The notes beneath the pieces are model-generated. The model was not told the DNA's origin, did no database searches, and saw only the letters and a list, made by a program, of their open reading frames with translations. DNA of 64,000 nucleotides, from NCBI GenBank assembly GCA_024402765.1, contig JAKSTC010000004.1:541-64540 (forward strand), given 5' to 3'. Of the stretch, positions 1-8,802 are shown piece by piece. How positions within the stretch are numbered: position 1 is the first letter of the stretch; each line of letters starts with the position of its first letter. The DNA comes from Alphaproteobacteria bacterium. Its GTDB lineage: Bacteria > Pseudomonadota > Alphaproteobacteria > Rs-D84. A program made the position numbers and the translations under genes.

Positions 1-1
1 T

Positions 2-172
2 CAATTAGATATTATAAATCATTTCCCAGAATATAGAAAAGCATTCGAGCGCCAGGGAAAAAGCACTAATTTTAGATTACGTCTATTCGGGAAAATACCG
101 TTGTTAAAGATAAAAAACAATTGGGTATATCTGTTTGAATTTATACCTGTATTTAAGATTAGGTGGAAGTGA
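2..172 (+). CDS. 3' end of an upstream gene (partial), probably a glycan-cluster enzyme
   Basis: Frame 2 is open from the window edge: QLDIINHF...RLFGKIPLLKIKNNWVYLFEFIPVFKIRWK*. TGA at 170-172 overlaps the next ATG (TGATG). Confidence 0.75.
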   Translation, partial: QLDIINHFPEYRKAFERQGKSTNFRLRLFGKIPLLKIKNNWVYLFEFIPVFKIRWK

Positions 173-1098
173 TGTCAAAACGTTTATTTATATTTGCTGG
201 ATACGATAAGGACGGCATAATTGATGACACATTGGTGTATTATTTAACCGAGTTATCAAAACTGGGTGATATTGTGTTAGTAATGGATTGTGACGTTAAT
301 GATACAACAAAATTACAAAGAATCAAAAATATATTACATACCGAATTGGCGCGTCATAATCAATATGATTTTGGTTCGTACAAACGCGGTTATATGTGGG
401 CATATAATAATAAAGTTTTGGATAAATACGATTGGGTGTATCTGGTAAATGATTCTGTGTATGGACCATTATGGGATATAAAACCGATTTTAACAAAATT
501 GGAATCTTCAAAAAAAGATTTAATAGGTATGACAAGTTATGAATCTGCAGAAAATCCTATTCATATACAATCTTGGTTTGTGGGAATGTCTAAAAAACTT
601 GCTTTAAAAAGTTTTATAAAAGACTTTTTTATGTCTGTTATACACCAACAATACAAACATGGTGTAATATTACATTATGAAGTGCGCCTTTCCAGGATTA
701 TTCTACAAAACGGTTATGAAATGTGTGCCTATCATCACAATTCCATAGAAGGGAAACACGATGTGTATCAAAACCCTATTGAGCTATTAAAAAATAATTT
801 TCCTTTTCTTAAAAAAGCAGCAATATCAGCGTTAAAAAACATTGAATTTTTATACCAATTTAGCATTGAAACAGATTTTATACAAAAAATTCAACAATAC
901 ATTATTCGCACAAACAAAAATATGACTGATCTGCTTGCCCCATATTGTGACGAATTGATATACAAAACAATATACCAAATAAAATTATTTGGAATACCAC
1001 TATTAAAAATAACTTATAACAACAAAGATTCTTATCATGTGTTTGCGTTTGGTTTTATTAAAATGCTTAAAATTATGAAACATACTATTAAAGATTGA
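172..1098 (+). CDS. Rhamnan synthesis F (RgpF-like) family glycosyltransferase
   Basis: Motifs YDFGSY, LVNDSVYGP, HIQSWF and FPFLKK. The ATG at 172 is coupled to the upstream stop. Confidence 0.8.
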   Translation: MSKRLFIFAGYDKDGIIDDTLVYYLTELSKLGDIVLVMDCDVNDTTKLQRIKNILHTELARHNQYDFGSYKRGYMWAYNNKVLDKYDWVYLVNDSVYGPLWDIKPILTKLESSKKDLIGMTSYESAENPIHIQSWFVGMSKKLALKSFIKDFFMSVIHQQYKHGVILHYEVRLSRIILQNGYEMCAYHHNSIEGKHDVYQNPIELLKNNFPFLKKAAISALKNIEFLYQFSIETDFIQKIQQYIIRTNKNMTDLLAPYCDELIYKTIYQIKLFGIPLLKITYNNKDSYHVFAFGFIKMLKIMKHTIKD

Positions 1099-1102
1099 TG
1101 CT

Positions 1103-2176
1103 ATGATTTATGTAACGAAATCTTTTATGCCGCCGTTGTCAGAATACAACAAATATGTTCAAAGAATTTTTGAAAATGCCATTTTAACCAATCAGGGACC
1201 AAATGTCCAAGAATTACAAACAAAACTGTCTGAATATTTGGGTGTGAATAATTTTCATTACCTGACCAATGGGACGGTTGCATTACAACTTGCATTATCT
1301 GCGCTGGATATAAATGATGTGGAAATAATCACCACCCCGTTTTCATATGTTGCGACAACATCGTCTATATTATGGCAACGTTGTAAACCGGTGTTTGTTG
1401 ATATAGAACCAAATAATTTTACAATTGATGTTAATAAAATTGAAAACGCAATTACACCACAAACACGTGCTATTATGGCGGTTCATGTGTTTGGTTATGC
1501 CTGTGATGTTGAAAAAATAGAACAAATAGCCAAAAAGCATAATTTAAAAGTTATTTATGATGGTGCACATGCATTTGGCAGTAAGTATAAGGGTAGATCT
1601 TTGTTGTCATATGGCGATATATCCACATGTTCGTTTCATGCAACAAAACTCTTTCATACAATAGAGGGTGGTTGTTGTATCGTTCATGATAAAACAGTGT
1701 CAGACAAAATGGAATTACAAAAACGTTTTGGACATCAAGGTGACAATCATTATATGTTGGGTATAAACGCGAAACAATCTGAATTCCATGCGGCAATGGG
1801 GTTGGCGAATTTTCCGTATATAAATCAGATTATACAGGAACGCAAACACATATCTGATTTGTATGATTCAGAATTGCAGGGTTGTGTTTTGCGTCCACAA
1901 CAACAATCTGGGCTGGAATATAATTATGCGTATTATCCGGTCGTATTCAAAAACGAACAAGAGTTATTAGACGTGTTTAAGGCACTGAATGAAAATGATA
2001 TTTATCCGCGCAGATACTTTTATCCCAGTTTGAATAAATTACCGTATGTTCAGGGGGAAAGTTGTCCAATATCCGAAGATATCGCATTGCGTATAGCGTG
2101 TTTGCCGTTGTATGTGGGTTTGTCGGATAAAGATGTATGCAGAATAGCGGATATAATCAAGGGTGTTGTAGAATGA
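1103..2176 (+). CDS. DegT/DnrJ/EryC1/StrS PLP-dependent aminotransferase (VioA-like NDP-4-amino-4,6-dideoxyhexose transaminase)
   Basis: NGTVAL, YDGAHAFG, SFHATK (PLP lysine), RRYFYPSL. Confidence 0.9.
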   Translation: MIYVTKSFMPPLSEYNKYVQRIFENAILTNQGPNVQELQTKLSEYLGVNNFHYLTNGTVALQLALSALDINDVEIITTPFSYVATTSSILWQRCKPVFVDIEPNNFTIDVNKIENAITPQTRAIMAVHVFGYACDVEKIEQIAKKHNLKVIYDGAHAFGSKYKGRSLLSYGDISTCSFHATKLFHTIEGGCCIVHDKTVSDKMELQKRFGHQGDNHYMLGINAKQSEFHAAMGLANFPYINQIIQERKHISDLYDSELQGCVLRPQQQSGLEYNYAYYPVVFKNEQELLDVFKALNENDIYPRRYFYPSLNKLPYVQGESCPISEDIALRIACLPLYVGLSDKDVCRIADIIKGVVE

Positions 2177-2922
2177 AAAATAAATATGATTTTATTTTTT
2201 CTTTGGGTGCTGCATGTTCTTGCACATCGGCGTTACGCGCAGCAAAATTGCAGTTTGCCAGTTATCCGTTTGATTGGTTGTTTGGTAGTGATTTAGAAGG
2301 TAGGGTAAAAATTTTGACTGCTAAATTTGAAAGATTTTTAGAAAAACAAGATTTATCATATACATTTTCAGAAAGAAGCATTTATTGTGATGCATATCAT
2401 AATTCTTATAACGATTTAACTTTTAACCATGATTTTGCAGTGGGTAAAGATTTAGATGAAACCTTTCCAGCAGTTTCAGAAAAATATTCACGTAGAATAA
2501 CAAGGACATTAGATAATATCTCTAAATCTAAAAAAACTTTAGTTGTATTTATAGAAATACCATCTGTATCCAAATCAAAGTATAATAATACTTCTTTAAT
2601 AAAATTATGGAACAAGGCGCGTGGTGTTTTTAAAAACATTGATTTGTTATATGTTTCGCCTGACCACAATTTAGATCATGGTGAAATAATAACCAATACT
2701 GTTAACGAACATATAACTTGGATTAAATCAAATTATAAAAGTTTAGATAGCAATGTACCTGATTATGCTCCAGACACGAAAGTGTTATCAGATATTTTAA
2801 GAGTGTATAAACTAAACTTACCATTTGATTTTATGATAAAAAATGGTTTGTTAAGATTTGCAATGCGTTTAATTCCGTTTAGAAATTTAAGACATAAATT
2901 AAAAAGTAAATATCATGTATAA
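2173..2922 (+). CDS. DUF1796-like (putative papain-like cysteine peptidase) protein
   Basis: SLGAAC, YPFDW and FNHDF motifs. Start MKNKYDF overlaps the upstream stop (ATGA). Confidence 0.7.
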   Translation: MKNKYDFIFSLGAACSCTSALRAAKLQFASYPFDWLFGSDLEGRVKILTAKFERFLEKQDLSYTFSERSIYCDAYHNSYNDLTFNHDFAVGKDLDETFPAVSEKYSRRITRTLDNISKSKKTLVVFIEIPSVSKSKYNNTSLIKLWNKARGVFKNIDLLYVSPDHNLDHGEIITNTVNEHITWIKSNYKSLDSNVPDYAPDTKVLSDILRVYKLNLPFDFMIKNGLLRFAMRLIPFRNLRHKLKSKYHV

Positions 2923-2948
2923 ATTAGTCGCTAAAAAAGGATAAAAGA

Positions 2949-4160
2949 TTGTTATTTATTAAAAAAATCTTTAAACATTTTAAACGTAAGAGAATAAAAG
3001 GAAGTTGTTGCGTAGCAATTGTTGACGATTCTATACCTAATCCAAATCCTTGCGGCTTTCGTAATTATGAATTTAACTTAATTTTAGATTCTATGCCAAA
3101 TGCAAATATATGGACCATGTCAAAAACTTACCCTGGCTCAGATGCATGGTTTGAGCATGCTTATGGTCAGCAATATAGGTTATGGAAAAAGAATAAAAAA
3201 GCATATCTATTAAAGGTTCCTCAAAACAAAGGCAGACTTTATTGGCTCAACACACAAAAAGCTTATTCTTTTGATTTGGCTTATTCTATTTTTTTATGCA
3301 CAACATATACTCTTTTACCTTTTTACGAAAAAAACAATATACCTTTTGTATTTGTTTTATATCCTGGTGGTGGTTTTGGTTTAAACAATGCTTCGTCTGA
3401 TGCAATGTTAAAAAAAGTATTTCAAAGTCCTTGTTTTAGGGGTGTTGTTTGTACGCAACCAATAACATGCCAATACATTATCGATAAGAAATTTGTTACA
3501 AAAGATAAAATCTTGTATCAGTTTGGTGGATATTTACAATTCCTGCCCAATGATGTTGGTAAAAAAATATGTTATCCGAAAGATAAACCAACATTAGATA
3601 TTTGCTTTGTTGCATATAAATATTCACCAAAAGGGGTAGATAAGGGCTATGATTTGTTTATCAAGGTGGCTAAAAAATTGGTTTTAAAATATGATTTTAT
3701 ACGGTTTCATGTTGTTGGAAATTTTGATGCTAACGATATCCCAATTGATAGTTTAGAAAGCAAAATTTATTTTCATGGTTTGTTAGATGCTAAACAATTA
3801 CAGAGTTTTTATTCTGGGATGGACATTTGTTTGTCACCCAATCGTCCTTTTAAACTATTTGAAGGAAATTTTGATGGTTTTCCACTAGGTTTAGACGCTA
3901 TGTGCTTTGGGGTTGTATTAATGTTAACCGATGAACTAAAAAATAATCAAGGTAATTATATTGACGGTGAAGAATTAATAATAATTCGTCCTGAGGAAAA
4001 AGATATATTATCAAAAATAGAACCCTTAATTGAAAACATATCACATTTATATAAAATCGGAAGAAATGGAGCTGAAAAAACATTTAAAATTTTAAACCCG
4101 AAAAATCGTGCAAATGCGATTATCAAATTTCTAAAACAAAATTTAATGGAACCAAAATGA
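2949..4160 (+). CDS. Glycosyltransferase, GT-B fold (family 4-like)
   Basis: ICFVAYKY...DKGYDLF...FHVVG...DGFPLG C-terminal GT1 domain. TTG start behind an AAGGA RBS. Confidence 0.8.
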   Translation: MLFIKKIFKHFKRKRIKGSCCVAIVDDSIPNPNPCGFRNYEFNLILDSMPNANIWTMSKTYPGSDAWFEHAYGQQYRLWKKNKKAYLLKVPQNKGRLYWLNTQKAYSFDLAYSIFLCTTYTLLPFYEKNNIPFVFVLYPGGGFGLNNASSDAMLKKVFQSPCFRGVVCTQPITCQYIIDKKFVTKDKILYQFGGYLQFLPNDVGKKICYPKDKPTLDICFVAYKYSPKGVDKGYDLFIKVAKKLVLKYDFIRFHVVGNFDANDIPIDSLESKIYFHGLLDAKQLQSFYSGMDICLSPNRPFKLFEGNFDGFPLGLDAMCFGVVLMLTDELKNNQGNYIDGEELIIIRPEEKDILSKIEPLIENISHLYKIGRNGAEKTFKILNPKNRANAIIKFLKQNLMEPK

Positions 4161-5170
4161 ATCCAAAAGTTTCTATTTTATGTATTACCTATAATCATGG
4201 AAAGTTTATTCGTGATGCTTTGGATGGTTTTGTTATGCAGAAAACGAATTTCCCATTTGAAGTTATAATTCATGATGATGCGTCGACTGATGGAACCACC
4301 GACATTATTCGTGAATATGAAAAGAAATATCCAGATATTATTAAACCAATATATCAGACAGAAAACCAATGGTCGCGTGGGGTAAAAATTGGTCAAAAAT
4401 TTCAATGGCCACGTATTCGTGGAAAATATGTTGCGGTGAATGAGGGCGATGATTATTGGACAGATGAACATAAACTGCAAAAACAGGTTGATTTTTTAGA
4501 CGCGCATCCTGATTTTAATGTGTGTTTTCATCCTGTTCAGGTTATTTGGGATGATAAAAGAGCACCAGACTATATTTACCCAACAAAAAAACAGCGGTTT
4601 AATAAAGATGTTTTAAACCTTTCAGATTTGTTGAAATGCAATTTTATTCAAACTAATTCTGTGATGTATCGTTGGCACGATATGTCAAACGAATGGCCAA
4701 AGCAATCTTTCTTGCCGGGTGATTGGATGATGCATTTGTTGCAAACTGGTAACGGCAAAATTGGTTTTATTCCAGATATTATGAGTGTTTATCGCAGAAA
4801 TGCCGGTGGCATTTGGACCGGGGCGATGGAAAGTGATGATTGGTTCTCTAAATGCACTATTCCACATCTGCATTTTTATCAAGCGGTTGAAAATAGATTT
4901 AATGTTGATAAGTCAGATGGTAAATCATATTTATTGTCCAAGGCCTTAAAAGTATTCCTGCGAACCAAAAATTGGGAGAAAATAACAACTTTGGTTGATG
5001 AATTCCCAGATATTGTTGATAACTGTGTCAGCGATTATAATGAAAATATTGGTAATGCAAAAAAATTAAAAAAATACAAACATCAAAGGAACAGACTGTT
5101 GGCTCTTGCTGTCATAGAACAGGTGGTTATTGTTGGTTTAATTTTATTGATTATAGGGGTAATAAAATGA
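4157..5170 (+). CDS. Glycosyltransferase family 2 with C-terminal membrane anchor
   Basis: PKVSILCITYNH, IHDDASTDGT, EGDDYW; hydrophobic C-terminus. Confidence 0.9.
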   Translation: MNPKVSILCITYNHGKFIRDALDGFVMQKTNFPFEVIIHDDASTDGTTDIIREYEKKYPDIIKPIYQTENQWSRGVKIGQKFQWPRIRGKYVAVNEGDDYWTDEHKLQKQVDFLDAHPDFNVCFHPVQVIWDDKRAPDYIYPTKKQRFNKDVLNLSDLLKCNFIQTNSVMYRWHDMSNEWPKQSFLPGDWMMHLLQTGNGKIGFIPDIMSVYRRNAGGIWTGAMESDDWFSKCTIPHLHFYQAVENRFNVDKSDGKSYLLSKALKVFLRTKNWEKITTLVDEFPDIVDNCVSDYNENIGNAKKLKKYKHQRNRLLALAVIEQVVIVGLILLIIGVIK

Positions 5171-5790
5171 AAAATTTAATAATTATAGGTGCCAGTGCAT
5201 TGGGAAGAGAGGTTGCTTCTTGGGCAAAAGATGCGAACCCAAATTTAGTTGTAAAGGGCTTCTTAGATTCGCGTGCAGATATTTTAGATGAATACGATGA
5301 TTATCCATCAATTGTTTCTGATGTTGAAAATTATGTTATTCAACCAGATGATGTTTTTATTTGTTGTTTGGGCGAACCTTATGTTAGAAAAAAATATATT
5401 GATATTATAAAAAACAAAGGTGGTTCTTTTGTGTCTTTAATACACCCATCCGCTTTTCTTGGTAAAAACACAACTATTGGGATAGGTACAATTATTCAGC
5501 CAAGGGTTGTGATTACATCGGATGTTCAAATTGGAAATTATTGTGTTATTGGTATTAATTCTACAATTAGCCACGATAGTGTTATAAAAAATTTTGTGAC
5601 AGTATCCCCTGGTTGTGATGTTGCAGGGTGGTGCCATTTGTATGATTTTACTTTTATGGGTATTCATAGTTGTTTAATACCACATGTCGTTTTGGGACAA
5701 ACAGAAGGTGTATTTGTGGCCGCAGGCGCAGTGGTTACAAAATCATTTTCAGCGGGCAGGATTATGGGCGTGCCCGCTAAAAATAAGTAG
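5167..5790 (+). CDS. Sugar N-acetyltransferase, PglD/NeuD/VioB family (hexapeptide repeats)
   Basis: IIIGASALGREV, LIHPSA, ISHD, hexapeptide repeats, GVPAK C-terminus. Confidence 0.85.
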   Translation: MKNLIIIGASALGREVASWAKDANPNLVVKGFLDSRADILDEYDDYPSIVSDVENYVIQPDDVFICCLGEPYVRKKYIDIIKNKGGSFVSLIHPSAFLGKNTTIGIGTIIQPRVVITSDVQIGNYCVIGINSTISHDSVIKNFVTVSPGCDVAGWCHLYDFTFMGIHSCLIPHVVLGQTEGVFVAAGAVVTKSFSAGRIMGVPAKNK

Positions 5791-5834
5791 AGTATATATT
5801 TTGATTTATATAATGATAGGTATAATATAAGGAA

Positions 5835-6770
5835 TTATATAGCCAACCCCTTAATTTCCCATATTACATCGCCTCCGTCATAATCGGTACCACCACCAGA
5901 TGCATATGTCCCAAATATAATCATAGATGTTGTTGCTTTTGATGTGCATTTACGACATGTAACAGCTGTGTTTACTGGTACTATACCTGGTGCTACAGAT
6001 ATATTATATTGTGTATTTGCCATCTCGATTGGAAATGTTACTGTGCAAGAACCGGATGGTAAAGTTGATTTACCACCTTGTTCAACCCAGCCGGATTTGT
6101 ATTTCCGATACCATGTATAATTGTTTTCTGGGGTTGGGTTTTGGCTTTCAATTACATAATCTATCATGCCGGTTGTTCGTGTATCCAGACCGTTAATAGA
6201 TGTCGTATGTCCGTCAACGGTGGTATCTAAAGCACTAATCGATGTCGTGTGTCCGCCAACGGTGGTGGTCAGGTCGGTTACGCGCTGTTCCAGGGTGCCA
6301 ATATCGCCCAATGCCCTTATTTTTGCATCTATATCAACAATTTCTTCGTGAATTGCCGTTATACGTGATAAAATTATCTCTGTGGACTCTTTATCCGCAA
6401 TTTCTGTGTATTTTGTTGTTAAATCCGCCAATTCATCTTTGCGATCCTTTATAACCTCCATCAAGTAATTCAAATCTTGATTTAGTGTGGTTGGGTCTAT
6501 TTTGGACAATGGTTGATAGTCTACAATGCGTTCCAATGGTAACTGTCGTGCAATTGTGATACTATCAATTGATGTTGGCGCGGTTTCAAATACCACTTTA
6601 CCACCGATATATGGAATATCTGCGTCCATACCGCCCGATGTTCCGACTATATAGTAACCCGTTGCAGGTTCATTGTTCACAGTAACAACAACATTACTGT
6701 TTTCAAAAAAGGGGAAGTTAAAATAAAATTCTGTTGTTGAGCCGTTCCCCATATACGATACTTTTTGCAT
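5835..6770 (-). CDS. Phage tail-fibre-like protein (T7 gp17-like N-terminal adaptor, coiled coil, gp53-like C-terminal domain)
   Basis: N-terminal GNGSTTEFYFNFPF...ITIARQLP...LNQDLNYL; C-terminal WYRKYKSGWVEQGG...VTFP; AGGAG RBS. Confidence 0.7.
   Translation of the reverse strand: MQKVSYMGNGSTTEFYFNFPFFENSNVVVTVNNEPATGYYIVGTSGGMDADIPYIGGKVVFETAPTSIDSITIARQLPLERIVDYQPLSKIDPTTLNQDLNYLMEVIKDRKDELADLTTKYTEIADKESTEIILSRITAIHEEIVDIDAKIRALGDIGTLEQRVTDLTTTVGGHTTSISALDTTVDGHTTSINGLDTRTTGMIDYVIESQNPTPENNYTWYRKYKSGWVEQGGKSTLPSGSCTVTFPIEMANTQYNISVAPGIVPVNTAVTCRKCTSKATTSMIIFGTYASGGGTDYDGGDVIWEIKGLAI
6194..6266 (-). repeat. Imperfect 42-bp tandem repeat within the tail-fibre gene (TTVGGHTTSI / TTVDGHTTSI)
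   Basis: taatagatgtcgtatgtccgtcaacggtggt at 6194 versus taatcgatgtcgtgtgtccgccaacggtggt at 6236. Confidence 0.85.
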
Positions 6771-6792
6771 AAAAAAACTCCTTTGTTATAAC

Positions 6793-6852
6793 AAAAAAAA
6801 GCCCCAGCGCAAAGCCAGGACAATAAAAAAACAGCCGACAAAATGTCCGCTG
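6793..6852 (-). terminator. Two tandem intrinsic-terminator-like hairpins in the 5' leader of the tail-fibre gene
   Basis: Minus strand: cagcggaca-ttt-tgtcggctg + T7, then gtcctggc-tttgc-gctggggc + T8. Confidence 0.6.
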
Positions 6853-6862
6853 ATTTACCCGT

Positions 6863-6891
6863 ATTATATCACAAATTGTAAAACAAAACAA
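6863..6891 (-). promoter_or_regulatory. Sigma70-like promoter for the tail-fibre gene
   Basis: TTGTTT-17-TATAAT with extended -10 (TGaTATAAT) on the minus strand. Confidence 0.55.
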
Positions 6892-7094
6892 CAAAACGGT
6901 TTGAATGTCGATATTTTCATTGTATTTTAGCATACTGGCATAAAGAGCATTATAACCTATTTAAATCAAATAGTTTATTATTTGCTATCTCGTTTAAATA
7001 GTAAAAATGGCTAAATTCTGCGTTTTTTTTGTGTGCAAAGCAGTTTTTACACAGTAGGATTATACCTGTAATGATAAACAAAGAGGTATAAATC

Positions 7095-7373
7095 ATGACA
7101 AAAAACTTTAAAAATTGGTTAATTAACAATGGATATAAACTGTTTACTGGTAATAATCAACCATCCACAGTGTTCGATTATTTAACTGGTGTTAGATATG
7201 TCTGTCAGTGGGAAGGTAAAACAATAGATGAACTTGCTGAATCTATATCTGATGTATTACCAAAATATATTGATGGCGGTGAATATTTTGTCCGTGGTCG
7301 TATGAAATCTCGTGCTGTTAGATGTGGATTACGTCAGTTCAATAAGTTCGTTATGGAATCACAGGCTGCATAA
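7095..7373 (+). CDS. Hypothetical protein (resembles a stand-alone integrase N-terminal SAM-like domain)
   Basis: GAGG RBS; FKNWL..NGY...STVFDY pattern; coupled to the next gene. Confidence 0.6.
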   Translation: MTKNFKNWLINNGYKLFTGNNQPSTVFDYLTGVRYVCQWEGKTIDELAESISDVLPKYIDGGEYFVRGRMKSRAVRCGLRQFNKFVMESQAA

Positions 7374-7699
7374 TGAACAAGATTGCAATATTAAACGATA
7401 AACTGCGTCAGAACATATTTAATTCTGGTAAAGATAGAGTGATTTTGACGCAGGATGTTTCAAATTTACCGTTTGATGAACAGTTGCGAATCTTGATAAA
7501 GGTTAAACTGTTCAATAATTTCAATGCTGGGAACGATGTTTACCAAGAACACGATTTTGGGATGATAGAACACAGCGAATTGAAATACTTTTTTAAGATA
7601 GATTATTATGATAATTCATTGGAATGCGTATCTGATGACCCTAGTGACGATAATATAACAACCAGGGTTTTAACTGTTATGCGCGCTGATGAATATTGA
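7373..7699 (+). CDS. DUF3768 family protein
   Basis: IAILNDKLR...FNNF...NDVYQEHDFG...FFKIDYYD...TRVLTVMRADEY. Confidence 0.85.
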   Translation: MNKIAILNDKLRQNIFNSGKDRVILTQDVSNLPFDEQLRILIKVKLFNNFNAGNDVYQEHDFGMIEHSELKYFFKIDYYDNSLECVSDDPSDDNITTRVLTVMRADEY

Positions 7700-7744
7700 T
7701 TACTATTTAAATCATATAGTTAATAAAAAATTTAAGGATGAACA

Positions 7745-7924
7745 ATGATAGCACTAGCAAAACAGAGAGGTAATAATGTATGGGTTTATAATGAAAAAGG
7801 TTCTGTAATTTTTAGCAAAAGTGGTGTGTTAATAGGATATACCGGCAATACGATAAGCGTTAAAAGTAATTCTGGGACAATATGGGTTTATGACGATACA
7901 GGTAGAGTTTTATTTGGGAAGTAG
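7745..7924 (+). CDS. 59-aa hypothetical protein with an internal duplicated beta motif (absent from the ORF track)
   Basis: MIALAKQRGNNVWVYNEKGSVIFSKSGVLIGYTGNTISVKSNSGTIWVYDDTGRVLFGK; AAGGA RBS; terminator immediately after. Confidence 0.75.
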   Translation: MIALAKQRGNNVWVYNEKGSVIFSKSGVLIGYTGNTISVKSNSGTIWVYDDTGRVLFGK

Positions 7925-7931
7925 AAAAAAG

Positions 7932-7960
7932 AACCACCATGATAAAAAATGGTGGTTTTT
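7932..7960 (+). terminator. Intrinsic terminator
   Basis: aaccaccat-gataaaaa-atggtggtt followed by T tract. Confidence 0.7.
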
Positions 7961-8063
7961 AATTACGTTGTCTTAAATTGGTCTAGAATTGCTCCAAATC
8001 TGACTGATGTGTAATTTATCAATTTTACAATTTGGAGCATTCTACGGTGTGTTTCTGTGATTT

Positions 8064-8573
8064 TTAGATACGTTTTTTTGACTTAGACGACAAGTTAAAT
8101 AAGATTTCAGATGTGATTATACGGTCTGAGTCAAAATGGTTCTTGATGTCTGCTTTGAATTCTTTGGACGTATACGAATTGACACCTGATGTAATAATAG
8201 GCCGAACATCTATTGTCTCTTTGGTTAAATTGTACTTGTCCACAATATTATGAAAAATAAGTTGTACTTGAAAAAAATTAAAGGGGCAATCATAAATTAA
8301 GATATGATAGTGCCAATGTGTTGATTTGCCTTTTTCTGCAACAGCAATGAAAGGAATATGTTTGCGATTCCAATGCCTGCCTAAAAGGTCTATTTCAAAG
8401 GCACGCATTATTTTTAATAATTTTTTATTTGTTGTATCTAAATTATTATTACGTAAATGCTTTGGAAATTGGATAGAAATAAAATATTGTGGATTAAAAG
8501 AACTAAACCAAGATATCAAAGATTGTTGAACATCAAAGGTATTATTTTTATTAAATATTAAACTAGTTGTCAT
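8064..8573 (-). CDS. Putative HUH endonuclease / rolling-circle Rep-like protein
   Basis: Motif I YFISIQF, motif II HWHYHILI, motif III YTSKE. ATG at 8573 with AGGA RBS. Confidence 0.6.
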   Translation of the reverse strand: MTTSLIFNKNNTFDVQQSLISWFSSFNPQYFISIQFPKHLRNNNLDTTNKKLLKIMRAFEIDLLGRHWNRKHIPFIAVAEKGKSTHWHYHILIYDCPFNFFQVQLIFHNIVDKYNLTKETIDVRPIITSGVNSYTSKEFKADIKNHFDSDRIITSEILFNLSSKSKKRI

Positions 8574-8802
8574 TTTTATTATCCTATTTTTATTTAAGGT
8601 ATAAAAGATTACAGAGCAATTTTTATTGACCCTGACTTTATTTGTTCCAGGCATATTCTGCTTTTGTGGCGATTCACAGCCCACAAGATTCAAATATACA
8701 ACTCAAACAATAGAACGCATTTTTTTACAAAACTTCGTTAAAAAAATTTCTAAATTGTTATTTTTTGTGAACAAAGACCGCCATAACAGACGGTCTATAT
8801 CA

